A DNA stretch of 49,766 bases from an uncultured Enterobacteriaceae bacterium (GTDB taxonomy: Bacteria > Myxococcota_A > UBA796 > GCA-2862545). The translations under genes were made by a program, and so were the position numbers. The notes under the pieces were generated by a model. That model saw nothing but the letters and a program-made list of their open reading frames with translations. It did not search any database and was not told the origin of the DNA. The stretch covers positions 1 to 49,766 of the forward strand of contig CAYMSU010000002.1 in the NCBI GenBank assembly GCA_964393165.1, given 5' to 3'. Positions 35,910 to 45,991 of the stretch are shown here, one piece after another (positions within the stretch are counted from its first letter, which is position 1; the number at the start of each line of letters is the position of its first letter).

Positions 35910-37430
35910 TCAGCGGTACGGACGGCTCTCGCCCAAGGCGTGCGCTTGCCAGGCGAGGCGATTCAACCCGACCGGCTCGGAGCGCCCCTTGACGGGCCGA
36001 GCGCCCATGGGCTCGAGATCCCAATCCTTGACCAGTGCGGCGCGCGTGGCGTCCGAGAGGAAGATCTCGCGCGCAGGAGCGGCGCTGCAGATGCGAGCGG
36101 CGAGGTTCGTGGTGTCGCCCACGAGTGCGTACTGGAGGTACTCTCGGGAGCCGATGTTCGCGAAGGCCACCCGGCCGGTGTGGATGCCGATGTGCAAGTC
36201 GAGCCCGACCGACTGCGCGTGGTTCTGCATGGCGACGGCCGCCTCCAGGGCCCGATCCGCGTCGTCGGTGTGCGGAAAGGGCGCTCCCCACGCGGCGAGC
36301 AGCGCGTCGCCAATGTACTTCTCAAGCATGCCGTCGGTGTCGAAGACGATGCTCGACATGCGCGGGAAGTATCGGTTCAGCAGGTCGACGACGTCCGATG
36401 GGTCCATCGACTCGCACATCGTCGTGAACCCGGAGATGTCGGCGAAGAGCATGGTGACGACGATCTCTGTCGGCTCGAGAGGGTCCCCGCCCGAGTCGAT
36501 CATCCTGCGGATCGTGCTGGGCGGGAAGTAGCGCTCGTAGGTTGTCCGGAGCCTTCGGAGCTTCGCATTGCGGAGCGAAAAGGCGGTCTGGTACGCGACC
36601 ACAGCGAGTAGATCGAGATCCGGCTGGCCGAACGTGCGCGCACTCTCCGTGTTGTCGACGTAGATGACCCCGAGCACTGCATCGTCGGCGACGAGTGGAG
36701 CGGCCATGGCGCACCGCACGTTGTGCTCGGCGACCGAGGCGGCCAGCTCGAGCCGGACATCCGCCTGCGCGTCGTCGAACAACGCCGCGTGGCCCCGCTC
36801 CAGCACGTAGTCCACGACGTGCTGGCTGTAGGCCACCTCGGGCCCGTGCGTGGCCGTGACGCGCAGGCCGGCACCCGGCTCGTGCTCGAGGATCACCCCG
36901 TGGTGGATCGGGACCACTGTCGCCAGGTGCTGCAGCGCGAGGTGACGAAGCTCCTCGGTCGAGTCCGAGCGCGCGAGCAGCTCGGACAGCACGCGAAGGA
37001 GCTCGACGCGGTGGGTGGACCGGTCTCCGCCCGCCGACGTCCGAAATCCCCGGGCCGCCGACACGAGCATGGTCTCGTCGACAGCGGGCCGCTCGGAGTC
37101 CGCGGTGAGTGTGGGCTCACCGCTGTCCTGGGGGGTGTCGTGGTAGGTGAGCCGGAACTCCGAGACGCGGACCTCGTCCCCGTCGGTGAGCGGGGTCAGC
37201 TGGTTGGGGGCTAGCGCCTCTTCGGCCACGAAGGTGCGGTTGCGGCTCCCCATGTCGACGATGCGCGCAGGCTGACCCGGGCGCCAGTGGACCTCGGCGT
37301 GGAGCCTCGAGATCCGGCCGTCGGCGATGCGTACGTCGCGCCCGGTGGCACGCCCGATGGACGTGACGCCAGGGCGGAGGCGAAAGACCTGGGGGGCTTC
37401 GCCGGTCGTGTGGAGAACGAGCATGGCCAT
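35910..37430 (-). CDS. FHA - GAF - class III adenylate/guanylate cyclase
   Basis: FHA: VTSIGRATGRDVRIADGRISRLHAEVHW...GSRNRTFV. Central GAF-like region. Cyclase: VTMLFADISGFTTMCE ... EKYIGDALLAAWGAPF ... IGIHTGRVAFANIGS ... ALVGDTTNLAARI. Confidence 0.85.
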   Translation of the reverse strand: MAMLVLHTTGEAPQVFRLRPGVTSIGRATGRDVRIADGRISRLHAEVHWRPGQPARIVDMGSRNRTFVAEEALAPNQLTPLTDGDEVRVSEFRLTYHDTPQDSGEPTLTADSERPAVDETMLVSAARGFRTSAGGDRSTHRVELLRVLSELLARSDSTEELRHLALQHLATVVPIHHGVILEHEPGAGLRVTATHGPEVAYSQHVVDYVLERGHAALFDDAQADVRLELAASVAEHNVRCAMAAPLVADDAVLGVIYVDNTESARTFGQPDLDLLAVVAYQTAFSLRNAKLRRLRTTYERYFPPSTIRRMIDSGGDPLEPTEIVVTMLFADISGFTTMCESMDPSDVVDLLNRYFPRMSSIVFDTDGMLEKYIGDALLAAWGAPFPHTDDADRALEAAVAMQNHAQSVGLDLHIGIHTGRVAFANIGSREYLQYALVGDTTNLAARICSAAPAREIFLSDATRAALVKDWDLEPMGARPVKGRSEPVGLNRLAWQAHALGESRPYR

Positions 37431-37464
37431 GGGCGGCTCGCGACGGGAGGGGTGAGCCCCGAGC

Positions 37465-38421
37465 CTACCCCAGCGCGTCGAACGCCTTGGTGAGCCGCGG
37501 GCAGACCTCGAAGAGGTCGTCGACGATGCCGTAGGTGGCGTGCTCGAAGATCGGCGCCTCGGGGTCCTTGTTGATCGCGACGATCACCTTGGAGGTGCGC
37601 ATTCCCGCGAGGTGCTGGATGGCGCCGGAGATCCCACAGGCGATGTACAGCGTGGGGTTCACGGTCTTGCCGGTCTGTCCCACCTGCTCGGAGTGGGCGG
37701 CGTAGCCTGCGTCGACCGCGGCCCGCGAGGCGCCGGCGGTGGCGCCGATCGAGATTGCGAGCGGCCGGATCACGGAGTCGAAGCTCTCGGCGGACTTGAG
37801 CGACCGCCCCCCGCTGACGATTCGCTCGGCCTCGGTCAGATCGGCCACGGAGGTATCCGGCGCCTTCGTCTCGACCACGCGCGTCTTTGCCGTGGTGGAG
37901 GCCTCGACCATCACCACCTCGGCATCTCCGCCGGAGGCTTCCGGCTGGGAGAAGCTGTTGGGCCGAACGGAGAACACCGCGGGGCTCCCCGCGACCTTGA
38001 CGTCGGCGTACATCTTGCCCGCGTACATCGGGCGCCGCCCGACCACCGCGCCGCCTTCGGCGCGCAGCTCGGTGACCTCGGAGCCCATGCCCGTACCCAG
38101 GCGCGCGACCAGCCGAGGCAGCGCGTCCTTGCCGATGTACCCGGCGGACGCGAGGATGACGTCGGGCGAAGCCGCCGCGACGATGGCCTGCCATGCATCG
38201 GTGAGCGCGGCGGGATCGTAGTCGCCGAAGTCACCCGTGACCTGGTAGACCTTCTTGGCGCCAGTGGCCCCCAGGGACGCCGCCGGGGCATCGCCGACGA
38301 CGCCAGCGACGACCTCCGTGCCCAGGGCCGAGGCAAGCTCGGCGGCCTTGCCGAGGAGCTCCGTGGCCGACTTCTTGAATGTGCCGGCCTCATGCTCTGC
38401 GAGGACGAGAATACCGCTCAT
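37465..38421 (-). CDS. etfA: electron transfer flavoprotein subunit alpha
   Basis: 318 aa. [10 protein letters not shown]... and C-terminal [16 protein letters not shown]...[13 protein letters not shown]...YGIVDDLF are typical EtfA. Confidence 0.9.
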   Translation of the reverse strand: MSGILVLAEHEAGTFKKSATELLGKAAELASALGTEVVAGVVGDAPAASLGATGAKKVYQVTGDFGDYDPAALTDAWQAIVAAASPDVILASAGYIGKDALPRLVARLGTGMGSEVTELRAEGGAVVGRRPMYAGKMYADVKVAGSPAVFSVRPNSFSQPEASGGDAEVVMVEASTTAKTRVVETKAPDTSVADLTEAERIVSGGRSLKSAESFDSVIRPLAISIGATAGASRAAVDAGYAAHSEQVGQTGKTVNPTLYIACGISGAIQHLAGMRTSKVIVAINKDPEAPIFEHATYGIVDDLFEVCPRLTKAFDALG

Positions 38422-38430
38422 GACCGCTCC

Positions 38431-39213
38431 TCAGATGACCTTGGCTTCTTCGCGGAGGACCTTCACCAGCTCGGCGACGACCGTATCGGTGTCGCCTTCG
38501 AGGATGCGGCCCTTCGGCCGCTCCGGTGGGGCTCCATACTGAGACGTCTCCACGCGCGAGGCGACATCTCCTGCAGACAGCCCCAGCGCCGCCAGATCGA
38601 CCGTCTCGACCGGCTTCTTCTTTGCCTTCATGATCGCAGGCAGCTTGGCGTAGCGCGGAGTGTTCAGCCCCCGCTCGGCAGTGATCACGACGGGCAGGGA
38701 CCCCTCTACGACCTGGCGCACGCCGCCGTCCATCCCCCGAGTAGCCCGGAACGTGTCGCCCTCGACGCTGAACTCGACCACGCGGCTCACCTGCGCCCAC
38801 CCGAGCACCTCGGCGAGCATCGCGGGGACCTGCACGTTATCGTCGTCGATGGCCTGCTTGCCGCAGAACACGAGGTTGCAGCCTTCCTTCTCGATAGCCT
38901 TGGCCAGGGCTCGAGCCACCCCGAGGCTGTCCGTCGCGCCGAGTGCGTCGTCCTCGATCACGACCGCCTTGTCGGCGCCGAGCGCGAGGACCGAGCCGCG
39001 CAGCTGCGAGAGCACATCGTCGGACTTGCCGACCGTGAACACGGCGATCTCCCCACCGTGCTTCTCCTTGTTGAGGACGGCTTCCTCCACGGCGAACATG
39101 TCGTAGGGGCCTACGACAGTCTTGCCCGTGAACTCGAAGCTGGAGCCGTCTGCGCTGGGGCTCAGGCGGGCGTCAGTGTCCGCCGTGACCTTGGCGCAAA
39201 TGCCGATTTTCAC
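38431..39213 (-). CDS. etfB: electron transfer flavoprotein subunit beta
   Basis: GTG at 39213 is preceded by GGAGG and gives (M)KIGICAKVT... Contains GADKAVVIEDDAL, LVFCGKQAIDDDNVQVPAMLAEVLGW. The listed ORF extends upstream into non-protein-like sequence. Confidence 0.9.
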   Translation of the reverse strand: MKIGICAKVTADTDARLSPSADGSSFEFTGKTVVGPYDMFAVEEAVLNKEKHGGEIAVFTVGKSDDVLSQLRGSVLALGADKAVVIEDDALGATDSLGVARALAKAIEKEGCNLVFCGKQAIDDDNVQVPAMLAEVLGWAQVSRVVEFSVEGDTFRATRGMDGGVRQVVEGSLPVVITAERGLNTPRYAKLPAIMKAKKKPVETVDLAALGLSAGDVASRVETSQYGAPPERPKGRILEGDTDTVVAELVKVLREEAKVI

Positions 39214-39230
39214 GTGACCTCCGGAATGGA

Positions 39231-39836
39231 TCAAGCAGGGGAAGCGAGCATGCCGCGGATGAAGATCTCGGAGACCTGATGCGCGGCCTGTTCGAGGTGG
39301 AACCGGTCTTTGTCGCGCGACAGCACCCACTGCATGGCCAGCTCGTCCATCGCGCCAAAGAAAGCCCACATCCCGATGAACGGGTCGATGTCGGGCCGGA
39401 AGACGCCCTGCGCCTGACCCTCGCGGACGATCTGACCGAACACCCCGAGGTAGGCCCAGAGCTTGATGGGACGGTACTCCTTCAGGAACTTGGTCGACAG
39501 GCGTAACTCCACCTGCAGGACTTCGGCGGCGTCGCGATGGTCTCGGACCTGCTGGAAGTGGAAGCGCGCGAAGCACCGAACCTTCTCGACGGGGTCGAGG
39601 ATCGTGGCCAGTGCATCACCAAGACCCACGAGCAGCTCGTCCATCTTCTCCTCGAAGATGGAGAGCAGCAGGTCTTCCTTGTTCTTGAAGTACCGATAGA
39701 TCGTGCCGTCGGCGACGCCCGCGCGCCGAGCGATGTCGCTCACGGGGGCCAGCATGAAGCCCTTCTCGGCGAACACCTGCACCGCGGCATCGATGATGAG
39801 CGTGCGCTTGTCCCCGCGGGCCGGCTGCGACGCCAT
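39231..39836 (-). CDS. TetR/AcrR family transcriptional regulator
   Basis: ATG at 39836. KRTLIIDAAVQVFAEKGFMLAPVSDIARRAGVADGTIYRYFKNKEDLL is the TetR N-terminal HTH. Confidence 0.85.
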   Translation of the reverse strand: MASQPARGDKRTLIIDAAVQVFAEKGFMLAPVSDIARRAGVADGTIYRYFKNKEDLLLSIFEEKMDELLVGLGDALATILDPVEKVRCFARFHFQQVRDHRDAAEVLQVELRLSTKFLKEYRPIKLWAYLGVFGQIVREGQAQGVFRPDIDPFIGMWAFFGAMDELAMQWVLSRDKDRFHLEQAAHQVSEIFIRGMLASPA

Positions 39837-39929
39837 GCGGATCCTCGGCTTGGAAGAACTGTGAATGCGGACCCAGCCGCTTATCCAGCCGCGGTCACCT
39901 GGCAATCCCGGACTCGAGCGATGTGGGCC

Positions 39930-40619
39930 CTACCGGCTCTGGAGCCAGCGCTCGACGAGCACGCTCACGTCGCGCTCGGGCACGCTCTCCCAGTCCTGGA
40001 GGAATCGCTCGTTGCCCAGGTCCGTGAGGGGGTGCCGCACCGCCTGCTTGAGCACCTTGTAGGGACAGGTGGCCACGTCGGCACCGGCGAGCGCCGCCTG
40101 GACGAGGTGCTGTGGGTGCCGGAGGCTCGCGGCGAGGACCTGGGTGGAGATGGCAGGATTCTGCGCGTAGATGTCCACGATCTGCTGGATCAGCTCGCCC
40201 CCGTCCCAGCTGATGTCGTCGATGCGGCCGATGAAGGGGGAGATGTACGTGGCCCCTGCCAGCCCGGCGAGTAGCGCCTGCGATGCCTGGAAGCACAGGG
40301 TGACGTTGACCTTGATGCCCTCGTCGGACAGCTGCCGACAGGCCGCCAGGCCCGCCTCGATCAGCGGCACCTTGACGACCACGTGCTCGTGCACCTTCGC
40401 GAGCAGGCGCCCCTCCTTGACCATGCCTTCCACGTCCTGGGCCGTGACCTCGGCGCTGACCGGGCCCTGCACGAGCTCACAGACCTCGTGAACGACCTCG
40501 ATGAAGTCGCGCCCTTCCTTGGCGATGAGAGAGGGGTTGGTGGTCACGCCGGCGAGGACCCCCCAGCTGTGGACCTCCCGGATCTCGTCGAGGTTGGCGG
40601 TGTCGATGAACAGCTTCAC
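39930..40619 (-). CDS. fsa: fructose-6-phosphate aldolase / transaldolase (subfamily 3B)
   Basis: GTG at 40619 gives (M)[31 protein letters not shown] ... VVKVP ... [13 protein letters not shown]. 229 aa, typical size. Confidence 0.9.
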   Translation of the reverse strand: MKLFIDTANLDEIREVHSWGVLAGVTTNPSLIAKEGRDFIEVVHEVCELVQGPVSAEVTAQDVEGMVKEGRLLAKVHEHVVVKVPLIEAGLAACRQLSDEGIKVNVTLCFQASQALLAGLAGATYISPFIGRIDDISWDGGELIQQIVDIYAQNPAISTQVLAASLRHPQHLVQAALAGADVATCPYKVLKQAVRHPLTDLGNERFLQDWESVPERDVSVLVERWLQSR

Positions 40620-40641
40620 GGTCGGCTCCAGGCAGTAGCGC

Positions 40642-41163
40642 CTAGAGGTACCGAAGCGGACGCGAGAGGGCAAGCATCCCGTACCGCGCGGGCAATGGGC
40701 CAGGGGCTCGCACGGCCTCCGCAAAAGGCCGGCCCGTCTCCGGATCCACGGCGTCGGGCCAGACCTCGAGCAGCGGCTCGAGCACGAACCGGCGCTCCGC
40801 GATGCCTGGATGAGGCACGGCCAGCCGGGCGGTCTGCACGACCTCGCTCTCCACGAGGAGAACGTCGAGATCGAGGGGGCGGTCTCCCCAGAACAGCCGG
40901 CGCCGCCGGCCGGCTTGCCGCTCGAGGGACACGCAGAGATCCAGCAGGTCGTGCGCATCCCAGGCGGTCTGGAGAACCGCGACCCCGTTGAGGAACCAGT
41001 TTCGGGCGTGGCCTCCGGTCATCGGCGGCGTTCGGACCCAGTGGGAGACCCGACGGACGTCGATGCCGGGCTGCACCTGGAGTCTGCGCACCGCCAGCTC
41101 GAGGGTCTGCGCCCGCGCTCCGAGGGAGCTCCCGAGTCCCAGGGCGACGCGGCGCCACGCCAT
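40642..41163 (-). CDS. folK: 2-amino-4-hydroxy-6-hydroxymethyldihydropteridine diphosphokinase (HPPK)
   Basis: 173 aa from the ATG at 41163. [10 protein letters not shown] ... [10 protein letters not shown] ... LERQAGRRR...[12 protein letters not shown] ... [18 protein letters not shown]. The start overlaps the upstream stop by 1 nt. Confidence 0.85.
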   Translation of the reverse strand: MAWRRVALGLGSSLGARAQTLELAVRRLQVQPGIDVRRVSHWVRTPPMTGGHARNWFLNGVAVLQTAWDAHDLLDLCVSLERQAGRRRRLFWGDRPLDLDVLLVESEVVQTARLAVPHPGIAERRFVLEPLLEVWPDAVDPETGRPFAEAVRAPGPLPARYGMLALSRPLRYL

Positions 41164-42251
41164 CAGGTCTCGCGAGCCAGGAGCACCGTGACGTGGACCC
41201 CGTTGGGTGCGAAGTCCGCGGCCACCCCGAGGAGCAGGGAGGACGCGAGGAGCTGAGGTCGCGCGCGAGGGTCCCACACCAGCGGGTCGAGGCAGTCCTC
41301 GACGGTGGCCTGCGTGCAGTCGAAGCGCCACAGGTCGGTAGGGTCGACGCCCACCCGGGCGGCCACGTCGGAGACGGGCACGCGCGGGTTCAGCTGTGCC
41401 CAGGTGACCGCGTTCTGCAGCAAGGTATCGAGCTGGGGCTCGCGAAGGCCGTAGGCGTCCCGGACGTCGGCGAGAACGGTGACGACCTTCGCGCGTGCGT
41501 CCTGCTCGGTCTCCGGAACGGTACCTGCGGACAGCAGCGATGCCTGCGGGGGGACCATCCCGACGTACATCGGGAAGCGCGCGATCACCCCCTCCCGGTC
41601 GTAGAGCTCGATCAGCCACTCGCCCTCGGCCAGCGCCTCGGTTGACCACCCGACGTCGAGATGACCCTTGTAGAGCTGGCCCTGGGGATCCGCGACCGCG
41701 AACCGCGTTCCCTCGAGCTGGGGAAGGGTGATGCGGGAGCCACGGGCGATTTGCCGCGGATAGACGCCGACGTCGACGCGGGGGACGGAGGTGAGCATGA
41801 CCCACAGGTCCTGCTCCGACCCGCGGGCGCGCACGAGCCCGATGTGGGCCTCCGACGGAACCGCGGCGAGCTGCTGCTTGACCTTGGCCGGCGCGGCATC
41901 GCCGATGGTCGTGCCCGTGGTGTGCACGCTCCTGACGGGGTACGGCCACCCGGCACGCCATGCCGCCTCGCGGATCTCGGGCGGCGTCAGCTCCCCTCGG
42001 CGATGCACCAGGTCGAGCGCGATGCCGGCGGCGGCCCCCCCGAGCGACGCGTCCCAGTCCCGGCCACCCATGACCTGCCGAACCCCGGGGTCGGGCGGTG
42101 TCATGTCGACCATCGCGTAGGTTCCTGCCGAGGGGGAGGGCAGGCGCGGCGTGGCCGCCCAGTCCACGGGCGACAGGAGGGTCGGAGCCTTCGTGCACGC
42201 CCCGGCGAGGGCGACGACGACGAGCCACGCTGCGGGAAGGCGGAAGCGCAT
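41163..42251 (-). CDS. lipoprotein, unknown function
   Basis: 362 aa. MRFRLPAAWLVVVALAGAC lipobox. High GC3. No family recognised with confidence. Confidence 0.7.
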   Translation of the reverse strand: MRFRLPAAWLVVVALAGACTKAPTLLSPVDWAATPRLPSPSAGTYAMVDMTPPDPGVRQVMGGRDWDASLGGAAAGIALDLVHRRGELTPPEIREAAWRAGWPYPVRSVHTTGTTIGDAAPAKVKQQLAAVPSEAHIGLVRARGSEQDLWVMLTSVPRVDVGVYPRQIARGSRITLPQLEGTRFAVADPQGQLYKGHLDVGWSTEALAEGEWLIELYDREGVIARFPMYVGMVPPQASLLSAGTVPETEQDARAKVVTVLADVRDAYGLREPQLDTLLQNAVTWAQLNPRVPVSDVAARVGVDPTDLWRFDCTQATVEDCLDPLVWDPRARPQLLASSLLLGVAADFAPNGVHVTVLLARET

Positions 42252-42254
42252 GCG

Positions 42255-42521
42255 CTAGGCTCCCGGCAGGTCGGGGACGGCGTCCTCGTCGACCGCCTGG
42301 TTGTCGGTCCGGATGGCCCACCGCTCGTCGTCGACCTCGACCAGCTGCAGCGCCGGCAGGCGGGATCCGTTCTTGACCGGCACCAAGGAGTGCCCGTCCT
42401 TGAGCCAGGCCAGGGCCGTGGTCCGGTCGATGGTCCTCGACGGAAGCCCGTGGAAGTCCACGGCGAGCTTCTCGATCTTGCCGCCGCCCAGGGTCGCCCC
42501 CCGAACCAGCACGTCACCCAT
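42255..42521 (-). CDS. small cytoplasmic protein, unknown function
   Basis: 88 aa, very high GC3, no hydrophobic segment. The stop lies 3 nt before the next gene's start. Confidence 0.6.
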   Translation of the reverse strand: MGDVLVRGATLGGGKIEKLAVDFHGLPSRTIDRTTALAWLKDGHSLVPVKNGSRLPALQLVEVDDERWAIRTDNQAVDEDAVPDLPGA

Positions 42522-42576
42522 CGCGCAGCCTCCCTCGCGGCAGGCCTATCGCGCGTCTGGTCGAGGGGCCACGCGG

Positions 42577-42930
42577 CTACATGGACCACCACACCGCGAT
42601 CAGCGATGCGGTCATGGCCAGCGCGGAGAATCCGAGGAACACCAGCGGCCACCACGGTCGAGGCGCCGCGAGGGGCGGCGGCGGCGTGGGATGCGGCTCG
42701 GGGGCGGGCCCCGGGGGCGGCCCGTACAGCGAGCCCTCCACTGAACCAGGTGAGGGCAGCGGGCTCTCCGCGAACTCCGCCTGCAGCACCGCCAGAGGCT
42801 CGGTCTCCCGCTCGGGGGCGACCTGTGGGGTCAGCTCGTCCTCCCCCAGCTGTGCCCACATGGAGCTGCTCATCAACACGGTCGCGGCGTGTTCCTCGTC
42901 GTCCTCGGTCCAGCTACGCGAGCGCGCCAT
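42577..42930 (-). CDS. small acidic, Pro-rich, C-terminally anchored membrane protein
   Basis: 117 aa. PPPGPAPEPHPTPPPP followed by WWPLVFLGFSALAMTASLIAVWW. High GC3. Confidence 0.55.
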   Translation of the reverse strand: MARSRSWTEDDEEHAATVLMSSSMWAQLGEDELTPQVAPERETEPLAVLQAEFAESPLPSPGSVEGSLYGPPPGPAPEPHPTPPPPLAAPRPWWPLVFLGFSALAMTASLIAVWWSM

Positions 42931-42994
42931 CAGCCCTCCGTCGGGACTCTTCGGACCAGAGGTGCTCCCGTTCCACCAGAACCCGAGCGATCGG

Positions 42995-45571
42995 TCACCG
43001 CCCCAGGCCGAGCCGCCAGGTTCGGTAGAACGTGTGGAGCAGCAGCACGAACAGGAACAGGGCCATCGCTCCGACGAGGAACTCGAGCGACAGCCCGATG
43101 TCGTCCGGGTTCTGCCCGTCGGTGAAGCCCAGGTTCTGCAGCGACGCGGACAGCGGCTTGGGCGTGCGCTCGAGGTGCTCGCTCGTCGTCGGGAGCGACA
43201 GGTGCGGCTCTGGCCCCGTCTTGATGAGGGCCTCGAACGAGTACCGGGTGACGATGAGCCAGGTGAAGTTCTCGGGGTCGGACAAGCCCCACTTCCAGTT
43301 CAGCTTGTCGGTCATCTCCCACACCCGGACGACCAGCCCTCCGAACATGATCTGAGGGATCAGCACCAGCGGGAGCGTGCCCACCGCCGCCTCCGAGCTC
43401 TCGGCGTGGGCGCCGATCCACAGACCGATGCCCATCCCGACCCAGCCGGTCAGCGACGCCACGCCGGCGAGGAGGACCGGGTCGTAGCCGTACGGTTCAT
43501 ACAGGGGCAGCGTGAAGTAGCAGATCGTGGTGAGCGCGGTGCACTGCAGCGCGACGATCGCCCCGAGCACCGCCACCTTCGAGGACACGTAGGCCACGGA
43601 CGACACGCCGATCCGAGCCTCGCGCTTCCAGATCGCGCGGTCGGCGATCAGCTCCCGCACGCTCGCCGAGGCGCCGAACCACAAGGAGGACAGCGCGATC
43701 ATGAACATGGTCGCGGGGTCGGGGGCGGGGATCACCCACCACATCAGCAGGGCGAGGACGGGCGCCTGTGCGAGCAGGACGGCCATTCCGCCGAGGTCGC
43801 GACGCTTCGTACGGAGGTACCGCCCGGTGAGGGTGGCGACCTGGCGGAGGCGACTGCGCGGCTTCACGCCTCGCCGCCGGCTCGGGAGTGACATCCCCTC
43901 GACCTGCAGCGCATCCAGGCCCAGCAGGTGCTCCCGGATGGAGATGTACTTGCGAGACGCGGCGCTGTCCTCGTAGCGCTTGGCCCAAGCCTGCGGGTGC
44001 TCGGCCTCGAGGCGGCCGAAGATCTCGTCGGGCTGCTCCACGCCGAAGAACCGGGTGGCTTCCGCAGGGGGGCCGAACCAGGCCACACGCCCGCCCTTGG
44101 CGAGGACGAGGAGGTGGTCCACCATCGAAAGGATCGACGGGCTCATGTCGTGCGTGACGAGGAACGCGATGCGCCCGTCGTCGGCCAGCTGGCGGGCCAG
44201 CCGCACGATGTCCTGGGCGGTCTGAGGATCGAGCCCGCTGGTGGGCTCGTCCAGGAAGAGCACGCGGTTGCTCTGGGTGACCAGCTCCTGGCCCACGTTC
44301 ACGCGCTTGCGCTGGCCTCCGCTGATCACGCGGCGCTCGGTGCTCCCGATCTGCCGGGAGCGGCACTCGACGAGGTCGAGCTCCGCGAGGACACGCTCCA
44401 CCTCGGAGCGGACGGTGGCCTCGTCGGCGTTGGGGAGGCGCAGCCGGGCTGCGTAGGCCAGCGACTCCTCGACCGTCAGCGCGGCGTGGACCACGTCGTC
44501 CTGGGGCACGACGCCGACGACCGCCGGGTCCTCGGCGAGGATGTCCTGCAGGGGCACCCGGTCGAAGATGACGGCGCCCTCGTTCGCGGGCGCGATGCCC
44601 GCCATCGCGTGCAGCAGGGTGGTCTTACCGGACCCCGACGGTCCGACCACGGCCACCACCTCGCCCGTGAACACCGTGAAGCCGACCTTGTCGAGCAGGA
44701 CCTTCCCGCTCGGCAGGCGCCGCGTGAGGTTCTGCACGGATAGCGACGAGAACTGCCGTCCGCTGACCATCCGCAGCGTGTGCCCGTCTGGGCCGAGAGT
44801 GAGCGTGAAGGAGCCGATGCGCAGCTCGGCCCCGGGCTCGAGCGGGGCGCTCGACACGGGGTGACCGTCGATCAGCGTGGGACGGCCGCTCCCGAGGTCG
44901 AAGACGCGCCATCCCTCCTGGGTCCTGAAGAGCTGCGCGTGGGTGCTGGCGACCTGCGGATCCTGCAGCGGGAGGTCGTGGTGCAGGTCACGACCAATCA
45001 CGTACTTGTCGCGGTCCAGCGTGATCTCGGCGGCGGAGTACCGGGGGTCGTACTTCCGGAACAGCATGCCGGTGAGCATGCCGTCGATGCCCAGCTCGGC
45101 GGCAGCCCGCACGAGGCGGGCGCTCTCTCGGCGGTCGATCCGCCCGTCGACCGCGCACACGCGAAACAGGCTGTCGAGGAGGAGCAGGGACTCGTTCTCG
45201 CCGTACAGCTCGGCGAAGCTCGGTAGCTCCACCTCGGTGGTCAGCTGCTGGCGCAGGGCTTCCTCCTGGGCGGCCCCGAAGCGCACGCCGAACGCGCGAA
45301 GATCGGCTTCGCCGATCGCCACGCGGTTCTGCGGCGCGAGCGCGAGGTCGATGAGGACGTCGATCTCTGCGGGCTCGAGCTTCGTGCGTGTGCTCAGCGC
45401 AGAGGCCATCGCCACGCGAGCGCGGTCGTTGAGATCCTCCTCGGTGAGGACCCTTCCGAGCAGTCGGGCGAAGTGGACGGCGAACCGAACAGACTCGTCG
45501 CGGATCGGGTCGGCCCCGTAGGGCGCTCCGATCTGCCGACGGAACGCATCCTCTAGCTGAGAGGCGAACAT
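42995..45571 (-). CDS. TerB-like + FHA domain-containing ABC transporter (fused ATPase and ABC-2/ABCG-type permease)
   Basis: 858 aa. DGRIDRRESARLVRAAAELGI (TerB-like). FHA: YVIGRDLHHDLPLQDPQVASTHAQLF...GSGRPTLIDG. Walker A GPSGSGKTT, signature ISGGQRKR, Walker B LFLDEPTSGLD. Six C-terminal TM segments. Confidence 0.85.
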   Translation of the reverse strand: MFASQLEDAFRRQIGAPYGADPIRDESVRFAVHFARLLGRVLTEEDLNDRARVAMASALSTRTKLEPAEIDVLIDLALAPQNRVAIGEADLRAFGVRFGAAQEEALRQQLTTEVELPSFAELYGENESLLLLDSLFRVCAVDGRIDRRESARLVRAAAELGIDGMLTGMLFRKYDPRYSAAEITLDRDKYVIGRDLHHDLPLQDPQVASTHAQLFRTQEGWRVFDLGSGRPTLIDGHPVSSAPLEPGAELRIGSFTLTLGPDGHTLRMVSGRQFSSLSVQNLTRRLPSGKVLLDKVGFTVFTGEVVAVVGPSGSGKTTLLHAMAGIAPANEGAVIFDRVPLQDILAEDPAVVGVVPQDDVVHAALTVEESLAYAARLRLPNADEATVRSEVERVLAELDLVECRSRQIGSTERRVISGGQRKRVNVGQELVTQSNRVLFLDEPTSGLDPQTAQDIVRLARQLADDGRIAFLVTHDMSPSILSMVDHLLVLAKGGRVAWFGPPAEATRFFGVEQPDEIFGRLEAEHPQAWAKRYEDSAASRKYISIREHLLGLDALQVEGMSLPSRRRGVKPRSRLRQVATLTGRYLRTKRRDLGGMAVLLAQAPVLALLMWWVIPAPDPATMFMIALSSLWFGASASVRELIADRAIWKREARIGVSSVAYVSSKVAVLGAIVALQCTALTTICYFTLPLYEPYGYDPVLLAGVASLTGWVGMGIGLWIGAHAESSEAAVGTLPLVLIPQIMFGGLVVRVWEMTDKLNWKWGLSDPENFTWLIVTRYSFEALIKTGPEPHLSLPTTSEHLERTPKPLSASLQNLGFTDGQNPDDIGLSLEFLVGAMALFLFVLLLHTFYRTWRLGLGR

Positions 45572-45586
45572 GGGGGCCTCGTCAGC

Positions 45587-45991
45587 TCAGCGGTAGAAGA
45601 TCGCGAGCTTGGCGGCCGCGGTCTGGTCGGGCTTCGCGGCCGTGCGGTGGTACAGGCTCACGATGTACACGCCGGTCGTGTCGGGCTTGAACGTGACACT
45701 CGGGTCACGGCGACGGGTGCTGTCACGCGCCAGGGGCTCCTTGCCGCCTTCCTCGTACACGTACACGTCGAGGTCTGCGGCAACCTTGTCGGCGCAGGCA
45801 TCGAACCGGTACTCGGTGCCCCCGTACATCAGCACGCGGACAGCGTACTGCGCCTTCTCTGCGACCTCGGCGGCCAGGATCGCGCGAACGCCCCAGTCGT
45901 CCTGGTAGCTCTGGAGGAGCTTCGGTCGAAGGCAGGCGTCGGCGTCGTCCATGCCGCCGAGCGCCGTGGCACCGAGGAGGGCCCAGATCAC
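45587..45991 (-). CDS. small secreted protein, unknown function
   Basis: GTG at 45991 overlaps the upstream stop (GTGA). (M)IWALLGATALGG is signal-like; the body is beta-rich. The upstream part of the listed ORF is Arg/Gly-rich. Confidence 0.55.
   Translation of the reverse strand: MIWALLGATALGGMDDADACLRPKLLQSYQDDWGVRAILAAEVAEKAQYAVRVLMYGGTEYRFDACADKVAADLDVYVYEEGGKEPLARDSTRRRDPSVTFKPDTTGVYIVSLYHRTAAKPDQTAAAKLAIFYR

Noticed and set aside
39214-39576. Upstream extension of the etfB ORF
   Set aside because: EtfB homologues start at the MKI... equivalent. GTG 39213 has a GGAGG RBS, and the extension overlaps the TetR gene.
41164-42321. N-terminal 386 codons of the listed 559-aa ORF (40642..42321)
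   Set aside because: Only the last 173 codons are FolK-like. The rest is Arg/Gly-rich and lies over the lipoprotein gene 41163..42251 in a different frame.
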